Positions 47,867-56,481 of a stretch of DNA of 64,000 nt are shown piece by piece. Location: positions 91,703-155,702 of the forward strand of contig JAFUOH010000003.1 in assembly GCA_017482055.1 (NCBI GenBank), written 5' to 3'. Below the pieces are notes generated by a model that saw only the letters and a program-made list of their open reading frames with translations, searched no databases and was not told where the DNA came from. Each line of letters opens with the position of its first letter. Within the stretch, counting starts at the first letter, position 1. Both the position numbers and the translations under genes were made by a program. Source of the DNA: Clostridia bacterium (GTDB lineage: Bacteria > Bacillota > Clostridia > Oscillospirales > CAG-272).

Positions 47867-48262
47867 ATGGCAAAAGCTGCTAAGAAGGTTATTAAGAAGC
47901 GCCGCGAACGCAAAAACATCGAAAAGGGTGCTGCACACATTCGCGCAACCTTCAATAACACTATCGTTACCATTACCGACGTAGCCGGCAACGCTGTATC
48001 GTGGGCATCCGCGGGCGAGCTTGGATTCAAGGGTTCCAGAAAATCCACTCCTTATGCTGCTCAGATGGCTTCCGAAACCGCAGCAAAGGCTGCAATGGAG
48101 CACGGCATGAAGACCGTTGAAGTTTATGTTAAGGGTCCCGGTGCAGGTCGTGAGTCCGCAATCCGCGCACTCCAGGCAACCGGTCTTGACATCAGCCTCA
48201 TTAAGGACGTTACTCCCATTCCTCACAATGGTTGCCGTCCCCCCAAGCGCAGAAGAGTTTAA
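47867..48262 (+). CDS. rpsK: 30S ribosomal protein S11
   Basis: [46 protein letters not shown]. Confidence 0.98.
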   Translation: MAKAAKKVIKKRRERKNIEKGAAHIRATFNNTIVTITDVAGNAVSWASAGELGFKGSRKSTPYAAQMASETAAKAAMEHGMKTVEVYVKGPGAGRESAIRALQATGLDISLIKDVTPIPHNGCRPPKRRRV

Positions 48263-48408
48263 TCTTGCGCAAGTATCCGATAAGGACCGAAAAGTTAACG
48301 ATCATATCGGGAAAATTAAAAGAACCGAGCTATTCGTTTGCTCGGCGTCGGCTTGAGTGCTTACTCAGTAGTGCCGATACTATTTTAGAATAACGGAGGA
48401 AAATTACA

Positions 48409-49005
48409 ATGGCAGTAAATCACGATCCTATCGTAAAGAGATGCCGTGCGCTGGACATCAGCCCCGCAGCTCTCGGTTACGACAAGAAATCTATCAGAAA
48501 CCCCGGCGCAGATAAGAGAAAGAAGCTCTCCGAATACGGCTCTCAGCTTAAGGAAAAGCAGAAACTCAAGTTTGTTTACGGCGTTCTGGAAAATCAGTTT
48601 GCAAACTACTACGAGATGGCTAACAAGCAGGAGGGCATCACCGGTGAAAACCTCATCCGCATCCTCGAGTCCCGTCTTGACAATGTAGTTTACAGAATGG
48701 GTATGGCAAAGACCCGCAAGGAAGCAAGACAGCTCGTTCGTCACAACCATTTCCGTCTCAACGGAAAGAAGGCAAACATCCCCTCCATTCTCGTAAATGT
48801 TGGCGATGTAATCAGCGTTAAGGATACCAGCAAGTCCTCTGAGAAGTTCAAGTCTTTAGCAGAACTCTGCCAGACCAGAATCGCTCCCAAGTGGCTTGAG
48901 GTTGATAAGGAAAACGCTGTTGCTAAGGTTGTTGCACAGATGCAGCGTGAAGACCTTGACTTCCCCGTAGAAGAGCAGCTCGTAGTTGAATTGTATTCTA
49001 AGTAA
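48409..49005 (+). CDS. rpsD: 30S ribosomal protein S4
   Basis: LSEYGSQLKEKQKLKFVYGVLENQFANYY .. LESRLDNVVYRMGMAKTRKEARQLVRHNHFRLNGKK (S4 domain). Confidence 0.97.
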   Translation: MAVNHDPIVKRCRALDISPAALGYDKKSIRNPGADKRKKLSEYGSQLKEKQKLKFVYGVLENQFANYYEMANKQEGITGENLIRILESRLDNVVYRMGMAKTRKEARQLVRHNHFRLNGKKANIPSILVNVGDVISVKDTSKSSEKFKSLAELCQTRIAPKWLEVDKENAVAKVVAQMQREDLDFPVEEQLVVELYSK

Positions 49006-49071
49006 TAACAGCCTCCGATATACCCAGTACGTTTTTAAGGCTGTGTTTATATTCATAAGGAGGGTTATTGA

Positions 49072-50022
49072 ATGATAGAAATAGAGAAGCCTAATATTGC
49101 AACCGTTAATTTGAGCGAAGACGGTAAGAGCGGTAAGTTCATCATCGAGCCTCTTGAGCGTGGTTATGGTACTACTCTCGGTAATTCGCTTCGTCGAGTA
49201 CTTCTCAGCTCGCTTCCCGGTGTTGCAGTTGTCAGCATCAAAATCGACGGCGTTCTCCATGAGATATCCACTATTCCCGGTGTAAAGGAAGATGTGACCG
49301 AGATCGTTCTTAACGTCAAGGGCATCACCGCTAAACTGCACACCAATGGACCCAAGACCGTCACCATTGACGTCAACGGTCAGTGCGATGTAACCGCAGG
49401 TGACATCAAGCAGGATGCGGACATTGAGATCCTTGAACCCGATCACCACATCGCAACCGTAAGCGAGGGCACCCGCTTCTACATGGAGCTTACCTTCGAT
49501 CACGGCAGGGGATATGTTTCTCAGGAGAAGAACAAGCAGAATAACCCCTCTGTTATCGGTCTTATTTACACCGACTCGATCTACACGCCTGTGTACAATG
49601 TAAGCTACACAGTCGAGAATACTCGTGTCGGAAGCAATACCGATTACGACAAGTTAACGCTTGAGGTTTTAACTAACGGTACAATCTCAGCTAAAGAAGC
49701 TATCTCACTTGGCGCCAAGATACTCAACGAGCATCTCAACCTCTTTGTTGATCTTTCGGATGAAGCAAAGAAGGCAGAAATCATGGTTGAGCGCGAAGAA
49801 ACCATTAAGGAAAAAGTTCTTGAGATGACCATTGAGGAGCTTGACATGTCGGTACGAAGCTTCAACTGCTTGAAGCGCGCCGGCATTGATACGGTTGAAG
49901 ACCTTACCAACCGCACCGAGGAGGACATGATCAAAGTTCGTAACCTCGGTAAGAAGTCGCTTGAAGAAGTAATTCAGAAGTTACATTCTTTAGGCCTCGA
50001 TCTGAAGAAAGAGGAGGAGTAG
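49072..50022 (+). CDS. rpoA: DNA-directed RNA polymerase subunit alpha
   Basis: [30 protein letters not shown] .. the C-terminal domain reads [45 protein letters not shown]. Confidence 0.98.
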   Translation: MIEIEKPNIATVNLSEDGKSGKFIIEPLERGYGTTLGNSLRRVLLSSLPGVAVVSIKIDGVLHEISTIPGVKEDVTEIVLNVKGITAKLHTNGPKTVTIDVNGQCDVTAGDIKQDADIEILEPDHHIATVSEGTRFYMELTFDHGRGYVSQEKNKQNNPSVIGLIYTDSIYTPVYNVSYTVENTRVGSNTDYDKLTLEVLTNGTISAKEAISLGAKILNEHLNLFVDLSDEAKKAEIMVEREETIKEKVLEMTIEELDMSVRSFNCLKRAGIDTVEDLTNRTEEDMIKVRNLGKKSLEEVIQKLHSLGLDLKKEEE

Positions 50023-50099
50023 TAAATATGGGCTATGCCCATATTTACCGCAAGTCCGGATTTCATAAACTAACTTAACTGCAAAAGGAGGGAATCCCA

Positions 50100-50513
50100 A
50101 TGCCCGGAACCAGAAAGCTCGGCAGACCTACCGCGCACAGAAAAGCAATGCTCAGAGGCATGGTAACTTATCTGCTCGAAAATGGCTCTATTGAAACCAC
50201 CTTGACTCGTGCCAAGGAGGTACGTGCTCTTGCTGAAAAGATGATCACTCTCGGTAAGAAGAATACTCTCGCATCCCGCCGTGCAGCACTCGCTTTCATC
50301 ACGAAAGAGGATGTTGTTAAGAAGCTGTTTGACGTGATCGCTCCCGATTACGCTGACGTAAACGGTGGTTACACCCAGATCTACAAGCTCGGTCCGCGTA
50401 GAGGTGATGCTGCTGAAATGGCACTCATCAAGCTTACCAAGTATGAGCTCGTAAAGAAGGAAGAGCCCAAGAAGGCTGCAAAGGCTGAAGAGAAAGCAGC
50501 AGATGCTGAATAA
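50100..50513 (+). CDS. rplQ: 50S ribosomal protein L17
   Basis: [48 protein letters not shown]. Confidence 0.97.
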   Translation: MPGTRKLGRPTAHRKAMLRGMVTYLLENGSIETTLTRAKEVRALAEKMITLGKKNTLASRRAALAFITKEDVVKKLFDVIAPDYADVNGGYTQIYKLGPRRGDAAEMALIKLTKYELVKKEEPKKAAKAEEKAADAE

Positions 50514-50532
50514 TCTCGTATAAAGCTAAAAA

Positions 50533-50575
50533 ACGACCTTGTGTACCATACGGTATACAGGGTCGTTTTGGTTTG
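50533..50575 (+). terminator. Terminator closing the ribosomal supercluster
   Basis: 14-bp stem CGACCTTGTGTACC / GGTATACAGGGTCG (with two G-U pairs) and a 4-nt loop, followed by TTTTGGTTT. Confidence 0.8.
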
Positions 50576-50595
50576 TGTGCAATTCGGGATGCACA

Positions 50596-51315
50596 TTACG
50601 GTAAATCGTAGTGCTTGTTTATGGAGATGGCTTCGTCTGCGGACACGATAAGGTAATCGAGCATTGACAGCTCTGAGCCTTGAAGCATATCTGTAACAAA
50701 TTTGATGATCATGGCATCTTCAGCTATGGGAAAGACATTGTTATTGTATGACATCCGCGCAAGTACAAAGATCTGTGAATGGTACTTTGATGAAAGGCGC
50801 AGCAACTCGTAAATGTCGTTGAAGTAGACTTCAATTGGGGCATCCTTAAATTTGAGGATGACAGCACGCATGGAGTTATCAAAAAATGCCAACCACAGTT
50901 CATCATCGGAAGGAAAGCTGTAATGATCCAGGAACAGACCGCATATGTCCTCGGTAGTTGAAAGGCGTGGTCGAGTGTCGGCATCCTCGGATTCGAGACG
51001 GTCGGCGATATGTCCCACCAAGTTCAACAGCATCGCGCTGGAGGGACCGATACCGTCTGTTTCCTGCAAAATGTCTGCGGGAGCATTGAGCAGCTTTCGT
51101 ATATCACCGTCAAAGCAGTTCATAAGGTGAACTGCTGAGTCGCGTGTGTCGCGTACGGGGATGGAGAAGTAAAGGAGCATTTCCACGATATCGCGCGGAA
51201 GCACATCGCGGTCAGAGGCGTTCAGAAATTTTGTGAACATACGCGAGCGGTGACCGTCTGCGCCTTCGGGTTTGATCTTGCGCGGCTTTTTGGTTGTATT
51301 ATCCGATGTCGGCAC
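50596..51315 (-). CDS. RadC-family protein with intact N-terminal HhH region but degenerate JAB/JAMM metal-binding motif
   Basis: GHRSRMFTKFLNASDRDVLPRDIVEMLLYFSIPVRDTRDSAVHLMNCFDGDIRKLLNAPADILQETDGIGPSSA parallels the RadC N-terminal consensus (GHRxRLRxRF..ELLELLL..PRxD..L..FGSL..L..A....L....GIG). Where HNHPSG is expected, the protein reads ARMSYNN. The start is set to GTG 51315, 7 nt after GGAGG. Confidence 0.55.
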   Translation of the reverse strand: MPTSDNTTKKPRKIKPEGADGHRSRMFTKFLNASDRDVLPRDIVEMLLYFSIPVRDTRDSAVHLMNCFDGDIRKLLNAPADILQETDGIGPSSAMLLNLVGHIADRLESEDADTRPRLSTTEDICGLFLDHYSFPSDDELWLAFFDNSMRAVILKFKDAPIEVYFNDIYELLRLSSKYHSQIFVLARMSYNNNVFPIAEDAMIIKFVTDMLQGSELSMLDYLIVSADEAISINKHYDLP

Positions 51316-51348
51316 TGTGTCACCTCCCACACTGTGATTACTAATGAT

Positions 51349-51377
51349 ATATTAACATATAATCGTTGGTAATGCAA
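51349..51377 (-). promoter_or_regulatory. Sigma-A-type promoter of the RadC-like gene
   Basis: The minus strand reads TTGCAT, a 17-nt spacer, then TAATAT. Confidence 0.5.
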
Positions 51378-51411
51378 GTAGGAGGTTGTAAATAATTTGG
51401 AATGGAATTGG

Positions 51412-52056
51412 CTATTGTGCCTTTAGCATATCGCAAAATCCGTTGCCGCTGTAGACAGTACAGCCCCTAAAAGTGTCGCCGTCGAATATCTTTTCGGGAC
51501 GGTTGGTTCGTACGACCTGCATATCCACCGAAACGGGATTGATGCAAAGAATACGCTCGACATTTTCACAGTCGTCAAACGCTACAGTGTCTTTTATGAC
51601 TTCTTGTTTAAGATGGCGGTTATCGGTCTTTACGATGCTTTTGTTCCAAAGACGCTGTTCATCACGGCTGTGAAGCGGAGTGGTGCTTGATAGAGACGGT
51701 CTCCCGAAGCTTATCATGATATTTGCCGTGGTGCTTTCGGTAGTATAGCTTGACAGGTCGGTGAGCGTGTAGATATCCTTATATTTAAGGCAGGCGAAGA
51801 ATTTTACAAGGTATGCCTTGGCCCCCATCTCGATAGACAGCTCCGGATTTATCGAGGGCTTGATTATGGAGGTGTAAACGCCATTTTCTTTAAGAGTAAA
51901 GCCTTTCTCTTTGCATATCGCGCGCAGCCGACGCATGAGAGACGCTCGTTTTACAAATGCGCGGATATATTTTAAGGATTTTATGATGATAACTATAATA
52001 ACGACGGCAACCGCTATTTGTGCGAGAAATATAAGCCAGTTTTGCAGTGTGTTCAT
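51412..52056 (-). CDS. Hypothetical protein with an N-terminal TM anchor and a ~170-aa soluble domain
   Basis: 214 aa. It has the hydrophobic segment WLIFLAQIAVAVVIIVIIIKSL and lies in the AT-rich islet as the last gene of a three-gene minus-strand unit. I recognise no family. Confidence 0.5.
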   Translation of the reverse strand: MNTLQNWLIFLAQIAVAVVIIVIIIKSLKYIRAFVKRASLMRRLRAICKEKGFTLKENGVYTSIIKPSINPELSIEMGAKAYLVKFFACLKYKDIYTLTDLSSYTTESTTANIMISFGRPSLSSTTPLHSRDEQRLWNKSIVKTDNRHLKQEVIKDTVAFDDCENVERILCINPVSVDMQVVRTNRPEKIFDGDTFRGCTVYSGNGFCDMLKAQ

Positions 52057-52088
52057 GGTGAACCTCCTTGTTGTTCGTTGTTAGCAAA

Positions 52089-52493
52089 TTAGAATTGGTT
52101 ACGATGGTGTTTGTCTATGTCGGCGTACTGCTTGAGTTTTTTGTTCTCTGAATCTATCCGGTGCCAGAAAAATCTATAAATTGCCATCAGGATAAGTACA
52201 TATATAAGCAGATATATCAGGTAGCATAGAATATATACGGCATAGTCTGTAAATGTATATTGCTGATCCATTCTGATTCTTGTGTTTTGTCCCGATGGGT
52301 AAATATATAGATTTTCAAAAATAAAGGAAGGTGTAAAGTTAACATAACCTGTTCCCGAGCTATGTCCCAAATCAGTTAGGCTAATCAAAAATCGAAACAA
52401 TTCTCCCGGTAATATAAATATCAAGAAGTTTCTTAACCAACTGACTTTACCCTCGGAATAGACATATTGCTCATCAATACATCTGCTTCGCAT
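52089..52493 (-). CDS. Hypothetical small membrane protein
   Basis: 134 aa with hydrophobic segments (NFLIFILPGELFRFLISL; YAVYILCYLIYLLIYVLILMAIY). It is very AT-rich, overlaps the upstream ORF by 20 nt, and its start is uncertain. Confidence 0.4.
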   Translation of the reverse strand: MRSRCIDEQYVYSEGKVSWLRNFLIFILPGELFRFLISLTDLGHSSGTGYVNFTPSFIFENLYIYPSGQNTRIRMDQQYTFTDYAVYILCYLIYLLIYVLILMAIYRFFWHRIDSENKKLKQYADIDKHHRNQF

Positions 52494-53028
52494 TACGTTT
52501 GTCTATGAGCAGGAACAGCCATTCGACCGCTATAAATATAACGGAGAAAATCACCGTATTTATAATAAATCCGAGTATTGCCGAGCCGGTAAGTGCATAT
52601 GCGCCTGCGTTTATAATATAGAACGTCTCGATTATGGTCGGAGCGCCGATGGACAAGCCCCAGACAGCAAAGAATATTGTAAAGGGAAGCTGGAATACGG
52701 CGAACATCACCAGCTTGACGATGAGTTCCTTCAAATAGCGCTCCTTATAGAAGCCGAACAGTGAAAAATCGGGATTTTTCATTTCCGCTTTCAACAGCGT
52801 CTTATTGTCCACAAAATAGGCTCTGACCTTGGCGTATATGATCGCGAACACAAGCTGCATGATGATGCAGAGGTTAAACAGCGATCTATACGCTTTTTGC
52901 GGCTCCCACTCTTCATTCATTGCCAAGTCGGACGCGAACAAAAATCCGAATACCAATCTGGCTATCAAGTGCGCTCCGATCAAGACGACAAACCATTTGA
53001 CTGCTTTTTTGAACATTGTGTGATCCAT
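52474..53028 (-). CDS. Hypothetical four-TM membrane protein
   Basis: 184 aa. GGAGG lies upstream of the ATG at 53028. It is the first gene downstream of a consensus promoter. I recognise no family. Confidence 0.5.
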   Translation of the reverse strand: MDHTMFKKAVKWFVVLIGAHLIARLVFGFLFASDLAMNEEWEPQKAYRSLFNLCIIMQLVFAIIYAKVRAYFVDNKTLLKAEMKNPDFSLFGFYKERYLKELIVKLVMFAVFQLPFTIFFAVWGLSIGAPTIIETFYIINAGAYALTGSAILGFIINTVIFSVIFIAVEWLFLLIDKRNAKQMY

Positions 53029-53121
53029 TGTAAACCTCCGAATATTAAATAAGATTGCATGCTGCTATATCGTTACCGTGGGAAAAGGTATATAATATGC
53101 GATAATGCGGATTACAAGTAT

Positions 53122-53150
53122 ATTATACAATCAAATGAACGCGTTGTCAA
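53122..53150 (-). promoter_or_regulatory. Consensus sigma-A promoter of the three-gene membrane-protein unit
   Basis: The minus strand reads TTGACA, a 17-nt spacer, then TATAAT, a perfect consensus. Confidence 0.65.
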
Positions 53151-53222
53151 TATATTTGAGCGGAAAAGCAAAAATTCGCCGTTATTGACAGATTGACGGG
53201 AAATTTTTAGTGAATCTGACGA

Positions 53223-53251
53223 TTGAATAAATTACCGAAACAGTGTATAAT
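53223..53251 (+). promoter_or_regulatory. Sigma-A-type promoter of coaW
   Basis: TTGAAT, a 17-nt spacer, then TATAAT, 34 nt upstream of the coaW ATG. Confidence 0.55.
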
Positions 53252-53284
53252 AACTATTGTATAATTATCCTCGGAGGAAACAGC

Positions 53285-54115
53285 ATGAGTGTAGTAATCG
53301 GAATTGACGTTGGTGGAAGCACGACAAAGATCGTCGGCTTCGATAAAGCCGGCGGTGGAAATAAACTGATAGATCCCCTGTTTGTGCGCGCCACAGACCC
53401 CATAACCGCGCTGTACGGCGCTTTCGGTAAGTTTACCGATCAGAACAACATTGAGCTCTCGGACATCGACATCGTCAAGGTGACGGGGGTGGGCTCTGCG
53501 AAGGTGTTAAAGCCAATTTACGGACTGGAATGCCAAAATGTTCCCGAATTTGACTGTATCGGGCTTGGTGGACTTTATCTGTCGGGACTGGACGAGGCTA
53601 TCGTTGTCAGCCTCGGTACGGGTACCGCCATTATTCACGCTAAACGCGGCGAGCCTATGGAATATCTCGGCGGTACGGGCGTCGGCGGCGGTACGCTGGT
53701 GGGGTTGTCCCGCAAAATGCTTGGTATGAGCGATATTCAGCATATTCAGGAGCTTGCCGAGGACGGCGATCTCAATAACATCGACTGGCGCATTCGCCAT
53801 ATATCAAAAAAAGACATCCTGCCCGGCGCTCCCGACATGCTGACCGCTTCCAATTTCGGAAACGTCAGCGACATCGCAAGCAAGGCGGATGTGGCGTTGG
53901 GCATTATCAATATGGTTTTTGAGACTATTGCCATGGTAGCGCGGTTTGCGGCCAAGACCTACGGGCTGCGTGATATCGTACTTACAGGAAACCTCACCAC
54001 GCTCAGCCAGGCGGCGGGCATATTCAGAGGTCTCAATGCGATGTTTGACTTAAACTTCATGATACCTAAAAATTCACAATTCGGAACGGTAATAGGAGCA
54101 GCGCTGACAAAATGA
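53285..54115 (+). CDS. coaW: Type II (Staphylococcus/eukaryote-like) pantothenate kinase
   Basis: The start is ATG 53285 after GGAGGA. GIDVGGSTTKIVG (ASKHA phosphate-1) and LGTGTAII .. GGTGVGGGTLVGLSRKML .. LTASNFGNV .. GTVIGAAL run closely parallel to S. aureus CoaA as I remember it. Confidence 0.7.
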   Translation: MSVVIGIDVGGSTTKIVGFDKAGGGNKLIDPLFVRATDPITALYGAFGKFTDQNNIELSDIDIVKVTGVGSAKVLKPIYGLECQNVPEFDCIGLGGLYLSGLDEAIVVSLGTGTAIIHAKRGEPMEYLGGTGVGGGTLVGLSRKMLGMSDIQHIQELAEDGDLNNIDWRIRHISKKDILPGAPDMLTASNFGNVSDIASKADVALGIINMVFETIAMVARFAAKTYGLRDIVLTGNLTTLSQAAGIFRGLNAMFDLNFMIPKNSQFGTVIGAALTK

Positions 54116-54912
54116 ATAAAGTAATATATTCCAAAAAACTGTATATTTTCGATCAGGACGGTACGATCTACCTCGGCGGCATCGTATTTGACTGCGCGGT
54201 CAAGTTTATAAACCATCTTCGCGAGAGTGGTAAGCGTGTTATGTTTTTTACCAACAATGCGTCTCATTCGCCGAAATTTTATCTTGATAAGTTGACACGT
54301 CTCGGATTTGCACCGGAAAGAAGCGAAATACTTACCGCAGGCGATGTTACAGCGGAATTTCTGCTTCGTCACCGTGCAGGTAAGAGTGTGTATCTTGTAG
54401 GTACGCCCGAACTGTATGAGCAGTTCCGTGAGGCGGGTGTAAACCTCGTTTCAGACGATGCAAAAACGGCAGATATCGTTGTCACAAGCTTCGATACAAC
54501 ACTTACTTATAAGAAGCTGGAGATCGCCTGCAACCATATCAGAAACGGTGCGGAATATCTCTGCACTCATCCGGATTTCAACTGCCCCACTGAGACGGGC
54601 TTTATTCCGGACAGCGGTGCTATAGCGGCGCTTGTGACCGCTTCCACGGGCGTCGAGCCGACCTACCTTGGTAAGCCCTACGCGACCACCATCGATATGA
54701 TAGGCGAGGTCACAGGCATTGCACGCGAGGATATGTGTATCTTCGGTGACCGTTTATATACCGACATTGCACTGGGAAAAAAGCATGGTGTTACCTCAGT
54801 ACTCGTTCTGTCAGGCGAGACCAAGCAGTCAGATGTTGACCGCGCCGTCCCCTCAGACCGCCCCGACTACGTCTACGCCGACCTCGGCGCGGTCATGGAC
54901 AGCGCGGAGTGA
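54112..54912 (+). CDS. HAD-IIA subfamily phosphatase (NagD/PNPase-like)
   Basis: YIFDQDGTIYLGG (DxDGT motif I), FFTNNAS (motif II) and GDRLYTDIALG (motif IV). It has an ATGA overlap with coaW. Confidence 0.8.
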   Translation: MNKVIYSKKLYIFDQDGTIYLGGIVFDCAVKFINHLRESGKRVMFFTNNASHSPKFYLDKLTRLGFAPERSEILTAGDVTAEFLLRHRAGKSVYLVGTPELYEQFREAGVNLVSDDAKTADIVVTSFDTTLTYKKLEIACNHIRNGAEYLCTHPDFNCPTETGFIPDSGAIAALVTASTGVEPTYLGKPYATTIDMIGEVTGIAREDMCIFGDRLYTDIALGKKHGVTSVLVLSGETKQSDVDRAVPSDRPDYVYADLGAVMDSAE

Positions 54913-54947
54913 AATAAGAAGCCGACATCTCGGTATAGCCGCAAAAT

Positions 54948-55134
54948 GTTGGCGAGTGCTATGTGCTTCCATATAGGAATACGCGCTTTTTTGAAAAAAA
55001 GCTGTGCAAAAAACTTTAAAAGGCTTCGCCGAGCTCCTTTTGGGGAGCTCGGCGGAGCCTTTCTATAAAGCTTTTGCACAGCTTTTCTCGAAAAGCGCGT
55101 AATTCTCATATGCGAACGTATGGCACTCGCCAAC
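54948..55134. repeat. 187-nt imperfect palindrome (long hairpin) between the convergent HAD and spoIIP genes
   Basis: The outer arms GTTGGCGAGTGC (54948-59) and GCACTCGCCAAC (55123-34) are perfect complements. The inner arms ACGCGCTTTT..GCTGTGCAAAA / TTTTGCACAGC..AAAAGCGCGT and GGCTTCGCCGAGCTCC / GGAGCTCGGCGGAGCC also pair. By eye the arms are roughly 80 percent complementary overall, centred near 55040. Confidence 0.85.
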
Positions 55135-55170
55135 ACCTTATCGTCTATATCGAAATGCTGACTCCTCACA

Positions 55171-56400
55171 TTACTTTGCGTTATCCTTGATCATGTCGAT
55201 GAGGGTGTATGTAAGGTATTTAGCGGCTGTTTTGGCTTCGGAGAGAGAATTTGCGGCTGAGCCTATTTCTATGAGGAGGGAGCCCGGAGTGAACTGCTCG
55301 TTGAAGGAGGCTCCGCGGATGTTGATTGGACGGGCAAATTTTGAGTAGCTTTGTGTAAGCCTGCTTTGAAGCTTTGCGGCGATGGTGAAGTTTGTTTCCC
55401 AATTGGGGTGATCTGCGCCTTTTTCATTGGTTCCTACAAGCAGCATGATTTGTGCGGCGATCTCTCCGTTGATACTCGTGACGGGACGTATAAGGTCACC
55501 GTTCGTACGCACGATTGCATCACGGTGTACATCGAAAACATATTCGATGGAGGGATACTCGTTCAAATATTTCTGTATCGTGTCAGCGGCGAGGTCGTAG
55601 GAGCGAGTATAGGACTCAAGGTCGTGCATGATTTCGCAGTGCAGGGTGGGAATGCCCGCATCATTTAAAAGCTCCGCCATCACTGCGCCGACGGCGACCA
55701 TGTTTTCAGATGTATCCGAGCTTCGCTGAATTGCGCTCGGTGTTGTGGAGCGCGCACCCTCGGGGGAGTATGCCTCGGTGCCGTGAGTGTGGATTATAAG
55801 GACCAGCGGTGCTTCCTCGGAATATTTGTCAAGCTCGGTGGGGATGGGATAATCGCAGGAGAGTGCCGTTTGAATGTTGGGCGTATATGCGGTGGTGTTT
55901 GACAGCAGTACCTCGCCGTATGCTGCACCTCCGCTGAGGTCGTAGGGCAACAGTGCAAGCTCTCCATCCTTCAATTTGGAACGGTCATATTCGTATATAT
56001 TTGACATATCCGCTTGTGGCGCACTCTGTTCTCCGAGCGGAGCGTGCGGTGTCTCCTCACCTGAAATGTCCGACGGATTCACGCCTGTCAGATCCTCTGT
56101 TCCCGTGTTCTCCTCGCCGCTGTCGAAGTAAAGCGCATCACTTCCGAAGAATGCGGCGGAAAGCAGCATTGCGCTGATTGCTTCACGGTCGGGAATAATA
56201 GGTTCCTCGGGGAATTTGAAGCATTGCTTGGCTGTCTCGGTCGGTGACCAGCTTGATACTGCGACCTCCAGAGCGTTTAATAGTATGCCCGCCGACATAA
56301 GTCCGCCTATGATGGCGAGCATCGCCGAAGCGCACCGCGAAATAAGCCCGCGGTGCGTACGGCGTGATGTGGTGAGATCATCATAATATATATGCTGCAT
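55171..56400 (-). CDS. spoIIP: Stage II sporulation protein P
   Basis: It has an N-terminal TM helix. The segment VLIIHTHGTEAYSPEG .. FDVHRDA .. LLIEIGS matches the SpoIIP amidase-like domain. It lies downstream of gpr, as in Bacillus and Clostridium. Confidence 0.85.
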   Translation of the reverse strand: MQHIYYDDLTTSRRTHRGLISRCASAMLAIIGGLMSAGILLNALEVAVSSWSPTETAKQCFKFPEEPIIPDREAISAMLLSAAFFGSDALYFDSGEENTGTEDLTGVNPSDISGEETPHAPLGEQSAPQADMSNIYEYDRSKLKDGELALLPYDLSGGAAYGEVLLSNTTAYTPNIQTALSCDYPIPTELDKYSEEAPLVLIIHTHGTEAYSPEGARSTTPSAIQRSSDTSENMVAVGAVMAELLNDAGIPTLHCEIMHDLESYTRSYDLAADTIQKYLNEYPSIEYVFDVHRDAIVRTNGDLIRPVTSINGEIAAQIMLLVGTNEKGADHPNWETNFTIAAKLQSRLTQSYSKFARPINIRGASFNEQFTPGSLLIEIGSAANSLSEAKTAAKYLTYTLIDMIKDNAK

Positions 56401-56481
56401 AATGTTTCCCGTCCTTTTTATTCCGCCCTGAGACGGCTTGTCTTTGTGAAAGTATATGACGGCGGACAGGCGGTTATGACT

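Noticed and set aside
42254-49503. Other antisense ORFs in the spc/alpha region (42254..43063, 42994..43518, 43308..43769, 46632..47420, 48856..49503)
   Set aside because: For the same reason: each is antisense to rplF/rplR/rpsE/rpmD, map/infA/rpmJ or rpsD/rpoA, and none resembles a recognisable protein.
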